This document shows positions 18,509 through 29,120 of a stretch of DNA of 55,531 nt, one piece after another; position 1 is the stretch's first letter; each line of letters opens with the position of its first letter. The notes under the pieces were generated by a model that searched no databases, was not told the origin of the DNA, and was given only the letters and a program-made list of their open reading frames with translations. The stretch is from positions 1 to 55,531 of IMG/VR virus record IMGVR_UViG_3300030419_002835; one strand, written 5' to 3'. The stretch is from a virus. Its lineage: Duplodnaviria > Caudoviricetes. Position numbers and translations under genes: made by a program.

Positions 18509-20062
18509 ATGGCTGCCATTATAACTGATCAACTTCGTATCGTAAATGCTTCGGAATTTGTTGCTAGCGTTGCTTCAACAACTAATTCGTACTATGCGTT
18601 TGTTGGATTACCGAACCCTCTCGAAGTAAGTTCTTCGTGGAATACCACTCCACTAGATCCTAGAGACAATTTCGGTGAAGAGGATAATTATTGGGATACT
18701 ATGATTGCAATGAAGAAGATTACTTCTTCTGATTGTAAGCAAGTTGTTCCCAAAACAACATGGAAGTCGGGTACGACTTACGATATGTATCGTCAAGATA
18801 TTGGACCCTCTAATCCTTCCAAACCTTCCAATGCCATTAGCCTATATGATGCTAATTATTTTGTAGTAAATTCTGATTACAGAGTTTATATTTGTCTTCA
18901 AAATGGTACTAACCCAGAGAACCCTTCTGGTAGGGCTTCTTTAGATGAACCAACTTTTACTGATTTAGAACCTAAAGAAGCAGGTAGTAGTGGAGATGGT
19001 TACATATGGAAATATTTGTACACTATTTCTCCTAGTGACATTACAAAATTTGATTCGACAAACTTTATGCCTGTTCCTGCTGATTGGGCAACTAATAGCG
19101 CTGATGCAAGTGTTAGAGATAATGCTGCAACAAGTGGACAGTTGAAGATTGTAACTATTACTAATAGGGGTGTTGGACTAGGAACTGCTAATAGAACCTA
19201 TACCAAAGTTCCTATTAATGGAGATGGTACTGGTGCAGAAGCAACAGTTGTAATTAATAATAACTCTAAAGTTGAATCTGTAACTGTTTCATCTGGTGGT
19301 TCAGGTTATACTTATGGAACTTTGGATTTAGAAGCAGGTAGTGTACCTACTGGTTCCACTTCTGCTGTTTTTAATGTAATTATTCCACCTCAAGGTGGAC
19401 ATGGTGCAGATATCTATAGAGAATTGGGTGCAAGAAATGCCCTTTTATATTCTCGTATTGAAAATGATACTGAGAACCCTGATTTTATTACAGGCAATGA
19501 AATTGCTAGGATAGGAGTTGTTCAAAATCCTAAAGCTTATAGTTCATCATCTATTCTGGACTTAGATAAAGCAAGTGCTGTTTATGGATTGAAATTATCA
19601 GGTGCGGGATATAGTTCTGCTACCTTTACTGCAGATGCTGAAATTACTCAAACTGTTGGATTAGGATCAACTGCAGTTGGAAAAGTGGTATCTTATGATT
19701 CAGTTACTGGAGTTTTAAAATACTGGCAAGATAAGAGTATGGCAGGATTTACTACTGTAGGTGCTGCAGTCACTAATCCTACATATGGGTTTAAATTAAA
19801 TAGATTTACATCAACTCCTACTAGTGATGGATCTTTAAATATTATTGGTGGATCCGTAACTTTAGGTATTGATACCTCCTTTACTGGTGTGTCAACGGTT
19901 CTAAATAGTAGGACATATTACCTTGGTCAATCATTTACTGAAGGGGTAGCACCTCCAGAAGTTGAAAAGTATTCTGGAAATATAATTTATATTGATAATC
20001 GACCCTCTATCACCAGATCGGTGAACCAAAAAGAAGATATTAAAGTCATTCTGCAGTTCTAA
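18509..20062 (+). CDS. g8: Baseplate wedge subunit gp8
   Basis: MAAIITDQLR start, YRVYICLQN, DGYIWKYLYTI, C-terminal SGNIIYIDNR...QKEDIKVILQF. Confidence 0.93.
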   Translation: MAAIITDQLRIVNASEFVASVASTTNSYYAFVGLPNPLEVSSSWNTTPLDPRDNFGEEDNYWDTMIAMKKITSSDCKQVVPKTTWKSGTTYDMYRQDIGPSNPSKPSNAISLYDANYFVVNSDYRVYICLQNGTNPENPSGRASLDEPTFTDLEPKEAGSSGDGYIWKYLYTISPSDITKFDSTNFMPVPADWATNSADASVRDNAATSGQLKIVTITNRGVGLGTANRTYTKVPINGDGTGAEATVVINNNSKVESVTVSSGGSGYTYGTLDLEAGSVPTGSTSAVFNVIIPPQGGHGADIYRELGARNALLYSRIENDTENPDFITGNEIARIGVVQNPKAYSSSSILDLDKASAVYGLKLSGAGYSSATFTADAEITQTVGLGSTAVGKVVSYDSVTGVLKYWQDKSMAGFTTVGAAVTNPTYGFKLNRFTSTPTSDGSLNIIGGSVTLGIDTSFTGVSTVLNSRTYYLGQSFTEGVAPPEVEKYSGNIIYIDNRPSITRSVNQKEDIKVILQF

Positions 20063-20068
20063 AGAATT

Positions 20069-23000
20069 ATGTCTCAGGAAACTAATCTAAACGTAGCGCC
20101 ATACTTTGACGATTTTGACGCAAGTAATGACTACTATAAGGTTTTATTTAAACCTGGATATCCTGTTCAGGCTAGAGAACTTACCGGTCTTCAATCGATT
20201 TTGCAAAATCAGATTGAACGATTTGGACAACACTTTTTTAAAGAAGGTGCAAAGGTAATTCCTGGTAATACTGCATATAGTAATACGTATGATTGTGTAC
20301 AGTTAGAGAATCGTTACTTAGGAATCGCGTTATCTGATTATGCGAGTCAACTTGTTGGCGCAAAGATTACTGGATTAACTTCAGGTGTAACGGCAGTTGT
20401 AAATAAGATTATTCTAGCAGACGAATCGGATAGAGGCAATACCACATTATATGTAAGTTATTTGGGATCCAATAGCAGTGATAATACAACTACTACATTT
20501 GCTAATGGTGAACTTATTGCAGCTAATTTAGATATTAAGAGTGCGAATACTATTATTGCATCTGGGGAAGGTTTTGCAACGACTATTGCAACTAATGCAA
20601 CGGCTACTGGATCTGCATTTTCTATAACTAATGGAATCTACTTTGCAAAAGGAACGTTTTTATCTGTAGATGATGAAACTATTCTTCTTGATCAATACGG
20701 AAGTACTCCTACTTATAGGATTGGACTTTTAATCACTGAAAAAATTATTAATGCTGATTTAGATCCTAGTTTAAATGATAATTCTAAAGGATTTAATAAT
20801 TATGCTGCACCAGGAGCAGATAGACTTAAGATAACAACATCTCTCCATAAAAAGGAAATAACTGATTTTGATGATAATAATTTCATTGAACTTGCTACTG
20901 TAACAAGTGGTGTTCTAAGATCTAAGAGAAGAACGACAGATTATAATATTATAGCCGATGAGTTAGCAAGAAGAACATATGCAGAATCTGGAGATTATTA
21001 TGTAAAAGCTTTTGGATTATCTGTAAAAGAATCCTTAAACAATAATGATGGTAATAATGGAGTATTTAATGCTGATCAATTAACCTATGGTGGTGCTACT
21101 CCTTCTAAGGATTTAGCACTTTATAAGTTATCTCCTGGTAAAGCATTTGTAAAGGGTTATGAAATTGAAACCATTGCTCCTACTTTTTTAGATGTTCAGA
21201 AACCAAGAACTACTAAACTTTTAACATCTCAACAAATTAATTATGATGTTGGCGCAACTATAAAATTAAATAGAGTTTATGGAGCTCCTACTATTGGAGT
21301 TGGTAATACTTATATTGTAAGTTTGCGTGATTCTAGAGCAGGTGCTTCTCAAACTATTTTTTCTGGAAAGGAAATTGGACTTGCTAGAGTCTATGATTTT
21401 AAATTAGACTCTGGATCTTATGATTCAGCAACTCCTGCAACTAATGAGTGGGATATTTCTTTATATGATGCTCAAACATTTACTGAAATTACAGTAAATG
21501 AGCCAATGACTTTATCTGTACCTACTCATATTAAAGGAAAGTATAGTGGTGCAAGTGCTTATATCAGATCATCAGTTGCTGCTGGTACTGCATTAACAGT
21601 TTATGATGTTTCTGGAACTTTTGTTCAAAATGAGAATTTTGTTATTAATGGTATAGAGGATCCAAGAGTTGCCATTGCTGTAACTAGTTTTGGTATGGGT
21701 GATGTTCAATCTATTTTTGGTAATAATAATCTTGACGATGGTAATGTTGGAGCCGCTGCTACTTTCTCAGCAGATTGTATTCCAAGTACTATTTCTAATA
21801 TTGGTGTTGCAACAATTAGTAATTATGTATGGAGTACTGCTCATGGAAGTATTAGTACAGTAAGAAGTACAAGTGCTAATTTCCCTGGACAAATAGCCGT
21901 AGGAAATCTTCTCCAATTCAGTGGAACTGATTCAGAAGATCCTGTACTCGCGAAGGTTGTAAGTTTGGGATCAACTCATGCAGTTATTACTGGCGTTACA
22001 ACTGTAGGTGGTGTAGCAAGCGGTTCTTTACCTGCAGCATTATTCCAGGTTGCTGACTTAAATGTAGTTGCAACTAATCTTTCGGATTCGGAAGATAATG
22101 CATTCTATACTCCCTTCCCTAAAGCTAATATTTCTAATGTAGATTTAACTGATGCTTCTTTAACTATTAGAAAAGCTTATACTGTAACTATAACTGATGG
22201 GCAATTATCATCTTCTGTTTCTTCTGGTAGTAATCAAACATTCTTACCATTTACTCCTGAAAGATATTTACTGATTGGAAGTGATGGAGCAACAGAACCA
22301 TTGACAGAAGATCAGGTTAAATTAACAGGTGGTTCTAGTACCCTTCAGATTTATAATTTGGGTGCAGATGATGCTGATGCAACTCTTATTACTACAGTTA
22401 AAAAATTAAAGCCTAAAGCAAAAAATAAGATAAAGGATAGAGTAAATACTGTCGTTATTGATAAGTCTATTAATAGTTCTTCTGGTATTGGTTCTACTAC
22501 CTTGAATGATGGATTAACATATGGAACTTATCCTTATGGAACAAGAGTACAAGATGAAGATATTTGTTTAAATGTTGCTGATATTATAGAAGTTCATGGA
22601 ATCTATGAATCAATTGATACTAGTGATCCATCTGCTCCCACTGTAACTTTGGGTTCAATTTCTGGCCCAACAGGTAAAACATCAGATTTGATAATAGGAG
22701 AGAAATTTGTTGGCCAAAGTTCTGGTGCTTCTGGTATTGTTTTAGCACGAGTAAATGATTCTAAGATTGAATTTGTTGTTAAGAATCAAACTAACTTCAT
22801 AGAAGGAGAAGTATTGGTATTTGAAGAATCAAATATTCAGGCTCTTGTAACTACAATAACAGTTGTTAGTGTAGATGCATCCTTTAAGTATACATTTACA
22901 ACAGGACAAAATTCTTCTTTCTATAACTATGGAACTTTAATCAGAAAATCTGATATTACTGCTCCAAATAGAAAGTTGAAAGCATACTTTATGAATGGAT

Positions 23001-26000
23001 ATTATGAATCTACAGATGATGGTGATATAACGACAAGTGATTCTTATTCTTCTTTCGACTTTGATACTGAAATTCAAACTATCGATTCTAATAGAAATAC
23101 TGATATTTTAGATATTAGGCCTAAAGTTTCTGATTATACTGTTTCTACTGGAGCAAGATCTCCAATGGAATTCCTTGGTAGAAGTTTTAGTGGTTCTGGA
23201 AATTCTGCATCTAATATTTTAGCTTCCAATGAGGGAGTGGTAACAGATTATCAATTCTATCTTGGAAGAATTGATAGGATTTTCTTGACTAAAGATGGAG
23301 CATTCCAGGTTAAATATGGAACTCCAGCAGAAAAACCAGAGAAACCTGGTATAGTGGATGATGCTATTGAAATTGCTTCTGTTACTTTACCACCATATCT
23401 TTATAATGTATCTAATGCATCTAAGGTTTTCTTAGAGCATAAGAGATATAGAATGGTTGATATTAAGCAACTTGAGAATAGAATTAAAACTCTAGAGTAT
23501 TATACAACATTATCACTACTTGAAACTAATACAGCAAATTTATTTGTACCTGATGGTGCAGGTTTGAATAGATTTAAATCTGGATTCTTTGTTGATAATT
23601 TTGCATCTTTACTAGCACAAGAAGATGGAATTGAATTTAATAATAGTATTGATGTTAATCGCAAAGAAATACGTCCCAAGCATTATACAACCGCAGTTGA
23701 TCTTATTCAAGGACCTGTTGTAGGTGCAGATCCTACTGCTGATTTATCGACTACTGCACCTGAAGGAACTAATATTACGAAAACTGGGGATATCGTTACT
23801 CTTAAATATACTGAGCAAGAATGGTTAAAGCAAACATTTGCTACTAGGACTGAGAGTGTAACTCCTTTCTTGGTTAGTTTCTGGAATGGATCTTTAGAAC
23901 TTACCCCAGCAACTGATACTTGGACTGATACAGTTAGATTGGAAGCAAATATTATTCAAACTGAAGGAAATTTTGCAGAGACTCTTGAACTTGCAACTAG
24001 GACTTTAAATATAGATCCACAAACTGGTTTCTCACCAACTCTTTGGAATTCATGGGAAACTAATTGGACTGGAACTGAAGTTGTTGAAAATACTCTGGAA
24101 AGAAATGAAGTTACTACTACTGGTGGAAGGTGGGGCCAAAGAGGAATTGGTAATAATGCTACTGGATTAACTGGTGGTATATGGCTTGAAGATAGGACAA
24201 CTACAGTAGTTAGAGATACTCTAAGAGAAGTTAGAGATACTGGAGTACAGACAAGAACAGGTACTAGAACTGTAGTTACTGAACAATTTGATTTAGAATC
24301 TGTAGGAGATCGTGTTGTTAGTCGAAACTTGATATCTCATATGAGATCTAGAAATATACAATTTGTTGCTAAGAAAGTTAAACCATCAACTCAATTATAT
24401 GCATTCTTCGATGGTGTAAATGTAACTAAGTTCTGTACACCAAAACTGGTTGAGATCACTATGGTTTCTGGAACATTCACCGTTGGTGAGACGGTAACAG
24501 GAACTACTAGGCCAATTGGAATGACACCTCTTGATCCGGATGTAGTAGATCCTTCAATTACATTTAGGGTAGCAACTTCTAATCATAAGGAAGGCCCATA
24601 TAATGCACCAACTAGAATATTTGGTACTAATCCTTATAATGGACAAACTTTACCACAAACATATTCTTCAACTTCTACTGTATTGAATGTAGATACATTC
24701 TCTTTAGCAAATCAACCTGAAGGAGCATTTAAAGGTTATATTTCTAAAGATATGATTTTAGTTGGTGAGACTAGTGGTGCTCAGGCAACTGTTTCAGAAG
24801 TGAGATTAGTTTCTGATTTGACAGCAACATTAATGGGTACTTTCTTTATTCCAGATCCTAATTTAGCAACCAATCCTAAATTCGAGGTAGGAAGAAGAGT
24901 ACTTACTTTTGTTAATAGTGCTGTTAATGATCAGAATAATGCATCTACTATTGCAGAAGAAGGATTTACCGCTGCTGGTACTTTAGAAACAGTTCAGGAA
25001 GATATTGTTTCGGTTAGAAATGCTCGAATTGAGAATAAGATAGAATTTGAAGAACAAGCAGTAACAAATACAACTGGTACACAAGTCATTTCCAGTGAAG
25101 CAATTTCCTCTAATACTGATACTTCTAATAGAATGATTTGGTATGATCCTCTAGCACAATCTTTCTTAGTAGAAGATGATACTGGAGTTTATTTGACTAA
25201 ATGTGATGTATTCTTTGCTTCGAAGGATGATGTGGATATTCCTATCACCTTCCAATTGAGAAGTATGCAAGGGGGATTCCCAACTCAAAAGATTCTTCCT
25301 TTCTCTGAAGTTATTCTAGATCCTGATCAAGTTAATATTTCGGCGGATGGATCAGTAGCAACTACAATTACTTTTAAAGCACCTGTTTATCTAGAACCAG
25401 CTACTGAATACTGTATTGCTCTAGCATCACTCTCTACAAAATATAGTGTTTATATTTCTAGAGTAGGAGAGCAGGATTTAATAACACAAACCTTTATCTC
25501 TAATCAACCCTATCTTGGTTCATTGTTCAAATCTCAAAATGCTTCAACTTGGGAACCAAGTCAATGGGAAGATCTTAAGTTTACTCTTTATAGAGCAGAT
25601 TTTGTTAATAATGGAACCATAGAATTCTATAATCCAGAATTAACTAGAGGAAATAAAGAAATTGCTCATTTGCTTCCAAATTCTTTAAATGTAAGTTCTA
25701 GAAAGGTAAGAGTTGGACTGGGATCTACTTTACAAGATGATGATTTGAAATTGGGTAATACATTCTCTCAATTAGGAACTAATGCAACTGGTGATTATGT
25801 TGGAAATGCTGGAATAGCAACCGGAACCTTTAATATTATTAATGCAGGTGTTGGATATACTCCTTCATCTGGAACTTTACAATTTGATGGAGTTCCTTTG
25901 ACTAATATCACAAGTAGTGGTAGAGATGCCCTTGCAGATATTACAGTTACAAATGGTGTAGCTGTTGCTGCAACTATTTCTTCCTTTAGTGCAAGTAGTG

Positions 26001-27607
26001 GTGGCCAAGGATATGTTGTAGGTGATGTTCTTGGAATTGGTACAATTGGTGCTCAATCACTAGGTACTGGTGCAAGATTATCTCTTGTTTCTATTGCTAA
26101 CACTAATGAAATAATCTTAGATAATGTACAAGGTGATTTTGTTGTAGCAGGAACAGCAAAAACTGTTCAGTATGTTAACAATGCTGGATTAACAACTGAT
26201 CTTAATGCTGCTGCAGGTGGAAATGTACAAGTTTCTGCATTGAATACTGATAATGACGGACTTCATATTGTTGTTAATCATAAGAATCATGGAATGTATT
26301 TCAATGAGAATTATGTTGCTATTTCTAATGTTAAGACTGATTTAATTCCTACTAAACTATCTGTTGCTTATGATGCAACTTCTACAGATCCATTACAAGT
26401 TGATGATCTTACCAATTTAGGTACATTTGAAAATGTTGGTGTTGGAACTACTAATGCTGGATATATTCAAATTGGTGAGGAAGTAATTTCTTATACTGAA
26501 GCAACTGATTCTACTATTGCTGGTACAATTGGTAGAGAAGTGGATGAAACTGTCTCTAAAAACTATCCTGCAGGAACTGCAGTTTACAAATATGAATTAG
26601 GTGGAGTATCGTTGAGAAGAATTAATAAGACACATAATTTAGAAAATGTGTCTGTTGCTGGAACCACTATTACTTTCGATTCTTATAATATTAAACTTGA
26701 TATGGGTTCTAGTGGAGTTGGTAGATCTACTGGAGAGAGTTTCCCTATACTCTATATGGGCCAGACGGGATCTGCTGGTGGTTCGAATATTCATGCTACA
26801 CAGAACATCCCATTTGAAATTCTTACTCCTTATATTCAGAATGTTGCTGTAAGAGGAACTGCTATTGATGCTCAGGTGAGAACGGTTTCTAGTGCAAGTA
26901 TCAGTGGTAGTGAGATTCCTTATGCGGATCAAGGATATGAAGATGTTTCTATAAACAAATCTAATTATCTTTCAACACCAAGATTGATAGCATCCAAAGT
27001 TAATGAAGATGCTAAGTTAACTACCTTACCTGGTAATAAATCTATGAGTTTGAGAGTTAATCTGAATACTTTGGATAGTAGGGTATCACCAATTATCGAT
27101 ACTCAAAGAGTAGGAGCTATCTTTACATCTAACAGAGTTAATAGTGTTATTAACAACTATATAACTGATAATAGAGTGAATACTATTGGTGAGGATCCAA
27201 CTGCTTTTAAATATATTTCTAAGGAAATTGTCTTAGATAACCCTGCAACCTCTATTAAGATTTTGGTAGATGCTTATAATAACAGGTATACTGCTATTAG
27301 AGCATTCTACGCAATAGGTGAAAGTGAGAACTTTAATCCAATCTTTATTCCATTCCCAGGTTATAATAACTTGGATGAAAAAGGACAAATTATTGATGCT
27401 GCTAATAATGATGGATTACCTGACATTTATGTTCCTCCTTCATCCTCAACTGGATTTGTAGAAATGCAAAATGAGTTTAAGGAGAATGTATTTACTGTTG
27501 ACGAACTAACCTCATTTAGAGCTTATAGAATCAAGTTGATTATGACATCAACTAATCAAGTATATGCTCCTAAGATGAGAAGTCTACGGGTAATCGCACT
27601 TGCTTGA
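20069..27607 (+). CDS. Large virion structural protein, DUF4815 / VrlC-like (2512 aa)
   Basis: N-terminal NLNVAPYFDDF...VLFKPGYPVQARELT.LQSILQNQ, APGADRLKI, LARRTYAESGDY, RFKSGFFVDNF, DPLAQSF, GSLFKSQN motifs. Confidence 0.85.
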   Translation: MSQETNLNVAPYFDDFDASNDYYKVLFKPGYPVQARELTGLQSILQNQIERFGQHFFKEGAKVIPGNTAYSNTYDCVQLENRYLGIALSDYASQLVGAKITGLTSGVTAVVNKIILADESDRGNTTLYVSYLGSNSSDNTTTTFANGELIAANLDIKSANTIIASGEGFATTIATNATATGSAFSITNGIYFAKGTFLSVDDETILLDQYGSTPTYRIGLLITEKIINADLDPSLNDNSKGFNNYAAPGADRLKITTSLHKKEITDFDDNNFIELATVTSGVLRSKRRTTDYNIIADELARRTYAESGDYYVKAFGLSVKESLNNNDGNNGVFNADQLTYGGATPSKDLALYKLSPGKAFVKGYEIETIAPTFLDVQKPRTTKLLTSQQINYDVGATIKLNRVYGAPTIGVGNTYIVSLRDSRAGASQTIFSGKEIGLARVYDFKLDSGSYDSATPATNEWDISLYDAQTFTEITVNEPMTLSVPTHIKGKYSGASAYIRSSVAAGTALTVYDVSGTFVQNENFVINGIEDPRVAIAVTSFGMGDVQSIFGNNNLDDGNVGAAATFSADCIPSTISNIGVATISNYVWSTAHGSISTVRSTSANFPGQIAVGNLLQFSGTDSEDPVLAKVVSLGSTHAVITGVTTVGGVASGSLPAALFQVADLNVVATNLSDSEDNAFYTPFPKANISNVDLTDASLTIRKAYTVTITDGQLSSSVSSGSNQTFLPFTPERYLLIGSDGATEPLTEDQVKLTGGSSTLQIYNLGADDADATLITTVKKLKPKAKNKIKDRVNTVVIDKSINSSSGIGSTTLNDGLTYGTYPYGTRVQDEDICLNVADIIEVHGIYESIDTSDPSAPTVTLGSISGPTGKTSDLIIGEKFVGQSSGASGIVLARVNDSKIEFVVKNQTNFIEGEVLVFEESNIQALVTTITVVSVDASFKYTFTTGQNSSFYNYGTLIRKSDITAPNRKLKAYFMNGYYESTDDGDITTSDSYSSFDFDTEIQTIDSNRNTDILDIRPKVSDYTVSTGARSPMEFLGRSFSGSGNSASNILASNEGVVTDYQFYLGRIDRIFLTKDGAFQVKYGTPAEKPEKPGIVDDAIEIASVTLPPYLYNVSNASKVFLEHKRYRMVDIKQLENRIKTLEYYTTLSLLETNTANLFVPDGAGLNRFKSGFFVDNFASLLAQEDGIEFNNSIDVNRKEIRPKHYTTAVDLIQGPVVGADPTADLSTTAPEGTNITKTGDIVTLKYTEQEWLKQTFATRTESVTPFLVSFWNGSLELTPATDTWTDTVRLEANIIQTEGNFAETLELATRTLNIDPQTGFSPTLWNSWETNWTGTEVVENTLERNEVTTTGGRWGQRGIGNNATGLTGGIWLEDRTTTVVRDTLREVRDTGVQTRTGTRTVVTEQFDLESVGDRVVSRNLISHMRSRNIQFVAKKVKPSTQLYAFFDGVNVTKFCTPKLVEITMVSGTFTVGETVTGTTRPIGMTPLDPDVVDPSITFRVATSNHKEGPYNAPTRIFGTNPYNGQTLPQTYSSTSTVLNVDTFSLANQPEGAFKGYISKDMILVGETSGAQATVSEVRLVSDLTATLMGTFFIPDPNLATNPKFEVGRRVLTFVNSAVNDQNNASTIAEEGFTAAGTLETVQEDIVSVRNARIENKIEFEEQAVTNTTGTQVISSEAISSNTDTSNRMIWYDPLAQSFLVEDDTGVYLTKCDVFFASKDDVDIPITFQLRSMQGGFPTQKILPFSEVILDPDQVNISADGSVATTITFKAPVYLEPATEYCIALASLSTKYSVYISRVGEQDLITQTFISNQPYLGSLFKSQNASTWEPSQWEDLKFTLYRADFVNNGTIEFYNPELTRGNKEIAHLLPNSLNVSSRKVRVGLGSTLQDDDLKLGNTFSQLGTNATGDYVGNAGIATGTFNIINAGVGYTPSSGTLQFDGVPLTNITSSGRDALADITVTNGVAVAATISSFSASSGGQGYVVGDVLGIGTIGAQSLGTGARLSLVSIANTNEIILDNVQGDFVVAGTAKTVQYVNNAGLTTDLNAAAGGNVQVSALNTDNDGLHIVVNHKNHGMYFNENYVAISNVKTDLIPTKLSVAYDATSTDPLQVDDLTNLGTFENVGVGTTNAGYIQIGEEVISYTEATDSTIAGTIGREVDETVSKNYPAGTAVYKYELGGVSLRRINKTHNLENVSVAGTTITFDSYNIKLDMGSSGVGRSTGESFPILYMGQTGSAGGSNIHATQNIPFEILTPYIQNVAVRGTAIDAQVRTVSSASISGSEIPYADQGYEDVSINKSNYLSTPRLIASKVNEDAKLTTLPGNKSMSLRVNLNTLDSRVSPIIDTQRVGAIFTSNRVNSVINNYITDNRVNTIGEDPTAFKYISKEIVLDNPATSIKILVDAYNNRYTAIRAFYAIGESENFNPIFIPFPGYNNLDEKGQIIDAANNDGLPDIYVPPSSSTGFVEMQNEFKENVFTVDELTSFRAYRIKLIMTSTNQVYAPKMRSLRVIALA

Positions 27608-27608
27608 T

Positions 27609-27833
27609 ATGGATTACATCGAAGTTGAAGGACATTCTGGATTGTACAGAGATCCAAAAACAAATTCTATTATTAATCGTAATGGATCTGAATATAATGA
27701 GTATATTAATCGCAAAGCGGTGAGAAGTGAAGAACAGCAAAAAACACAAAATATTGAAGAAGATCTTGCTAGTTTAAAGGATGAAATGAATGAGATAAAA
27801 TCTTTACTCAAGGAGCTAGTTTCTAATGGCTGA
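27609..27833 (+). CDS. Small coiled-coil hypothetical protein
   Basis: ATG at 27609 just after the upstream stop (track start 27600 is TTG); C-terminal heptads LASLKDEMNEIKSLLKEL. Confidence 0.8.
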   Translation: MDYIEVEGHSGLYRDPKTNSIINRNGSEYNEYINRKAVRSEEQQKTQNIEEDLASLKDEMNEIKSLLKELVSNG

Positions 27834-28245
27834 TAAAACTATAACAGTTGATACTTTATCTGGGGTTGCTAAAGAGTGTGATCTGACCATTTTAGGTGGT
27901 GCAGATTTTAATAATACTTTTACTATAAAGAACCCTAATGGAACTGCTCTTAATATGCAACAAGGAGCTGGTAGTACTGCTGGATTGGGAGTAACGTGGA
28001 CTGGTTCCTCTCAAATGACTAGGAGTGTTGCCGTTGGTGCAACTTTAGGTGTAACTACTACATTTAATGTAGGATTCACCAGTGCTGCAGGGGGAGTATT
28101 GAAAATATCTTTAGGATCAACTGATACTAGAAATCTAGAACAAGGTAGATATGTTTATGATATTTTAGTGGGTTCTGGAAATACTATATTTAGATTGGTT
28201 CAGGGAAATATCACAGTGCAAGCAGGCGTATCTTCTGCACCCTAA
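27826..28245 (+). CDS. Hypothetical virion protein with Ig-like/BppU-like character
   Basis: DLTI..GADF..TF ... GVLKISL...T..L..GRYVYDI ... QGNITV pattern; located in the structural operon. Confidence 0.65.
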   Translation: MADKTITVDTLSGVAKECDLTILGGADFNNTFTIKNPNGTALNMQQGAGSTAGLGVTWTGSSQMTRSVAVGATLGVTTTFNVGFTSAAGGVLKISLGSTDTRNLEQGRYVYDILVGSGNTIFRLVQGNITVQAGVSSAP

Positions 28246-28270
28246 ATAACCTTATAGGCATAGTGTGTAA

Positions 28271-29116
28271 ATGGCACAACCAGCAAGTAGAACAGATCTC
28301 ATAAATTACTGCAAACGGCAACTGGGAGCTCCAGTGCTGGAAATTAATGTCGCTGAAGAACAAGTCAACGATATATTAGATGATGCCATTCAGTATTTTC
28401 ATGAGAGACATTTTGATGGTGTAACACAAATATATCTAAAATATAAAATTACTCAAGCGGATATTGATAGGGGTAAAGGGCCATCTCAAGCTGGAGTAAC
28501 AGGGATAACAACTACTACAGCAGATGCAACAATAGATGGTGCTACAACAACATTTTCTTATGAAGAAAATAGTAATTTTCTAGAAATTCCACCAGCAGTT
28601 ATTGGTGTAAATAAGATATTCCATTACGATGGAACAAATACTGTTACTAATAATATGTTCAGTGTTAAGTATCAGATGTTCCTCAATGACATTTATTATT
28701 GGGGTGCAATGGAAGTTTTGACTTATGCAATGACAAAAACTTATTTGGAAGATATTGAATTTGCATTAACAACTGATAAGCAAATAAGATTTAATCAGAG
28801 ACAAGATAGGTTATATTTGGATATTGATTGGGGTGCAGTAAGTCCTAATGATTGGTTAATTATAGATTGCTGGAGAACATTAGATCCCAATGATTTTACT
28901 AGGGTTTGGAATGATTCTTTCTTAAAGAAATATACAACTGCTCTTCTCAAGAAACAGTGGGGACAAAATTTATTAAAATTCCAAGGAGTAAAATTGCCTG
29001 GTGGTATTGAACTAAATGGAAGACAAATCTATGATGATGGAGAAAAGGATTTAGAAAAAATCATGGAGAAAATGTCTAATACTTGGGAATTACCACCTCT
29101 TGATATGATAGGTTAG
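28271..29116 (+). CDS. g13: Neck protein gp13
   Basis: YCKRQLGAPVLEINV, HFDG, KKQWGQNLLKFQGVKLPGGIELNG; CTAAATA late promoter at 28242-28248. Confidence 0.95.
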   Translation: MAQPASRTDLINYCKRQLGAPVLEINVAEEQVNDILDDAIQYFHERHFDGVTQIYLKYKITQADIDRGKGPSQAGVTGITTTTADATIDGATTTFSYEENSNFLEIPPAVIGVNKIFHYDGTNTVTNNMFSVKYQMFLNDIYYWGAMEVLTYAMTKTYLEDIEFALTTDKQIRFNQRQDRLYLDIDWGAVSPNDWLIIDCWRTLDPNDFTRVWNDSFLKKYTTALLKKQWGQNLLKFQGVKLPGGIELNGRQIYDDGEKDLEKIMEKMSNTWELPPLDMIG

Positions 29117-29120
29117 TATC

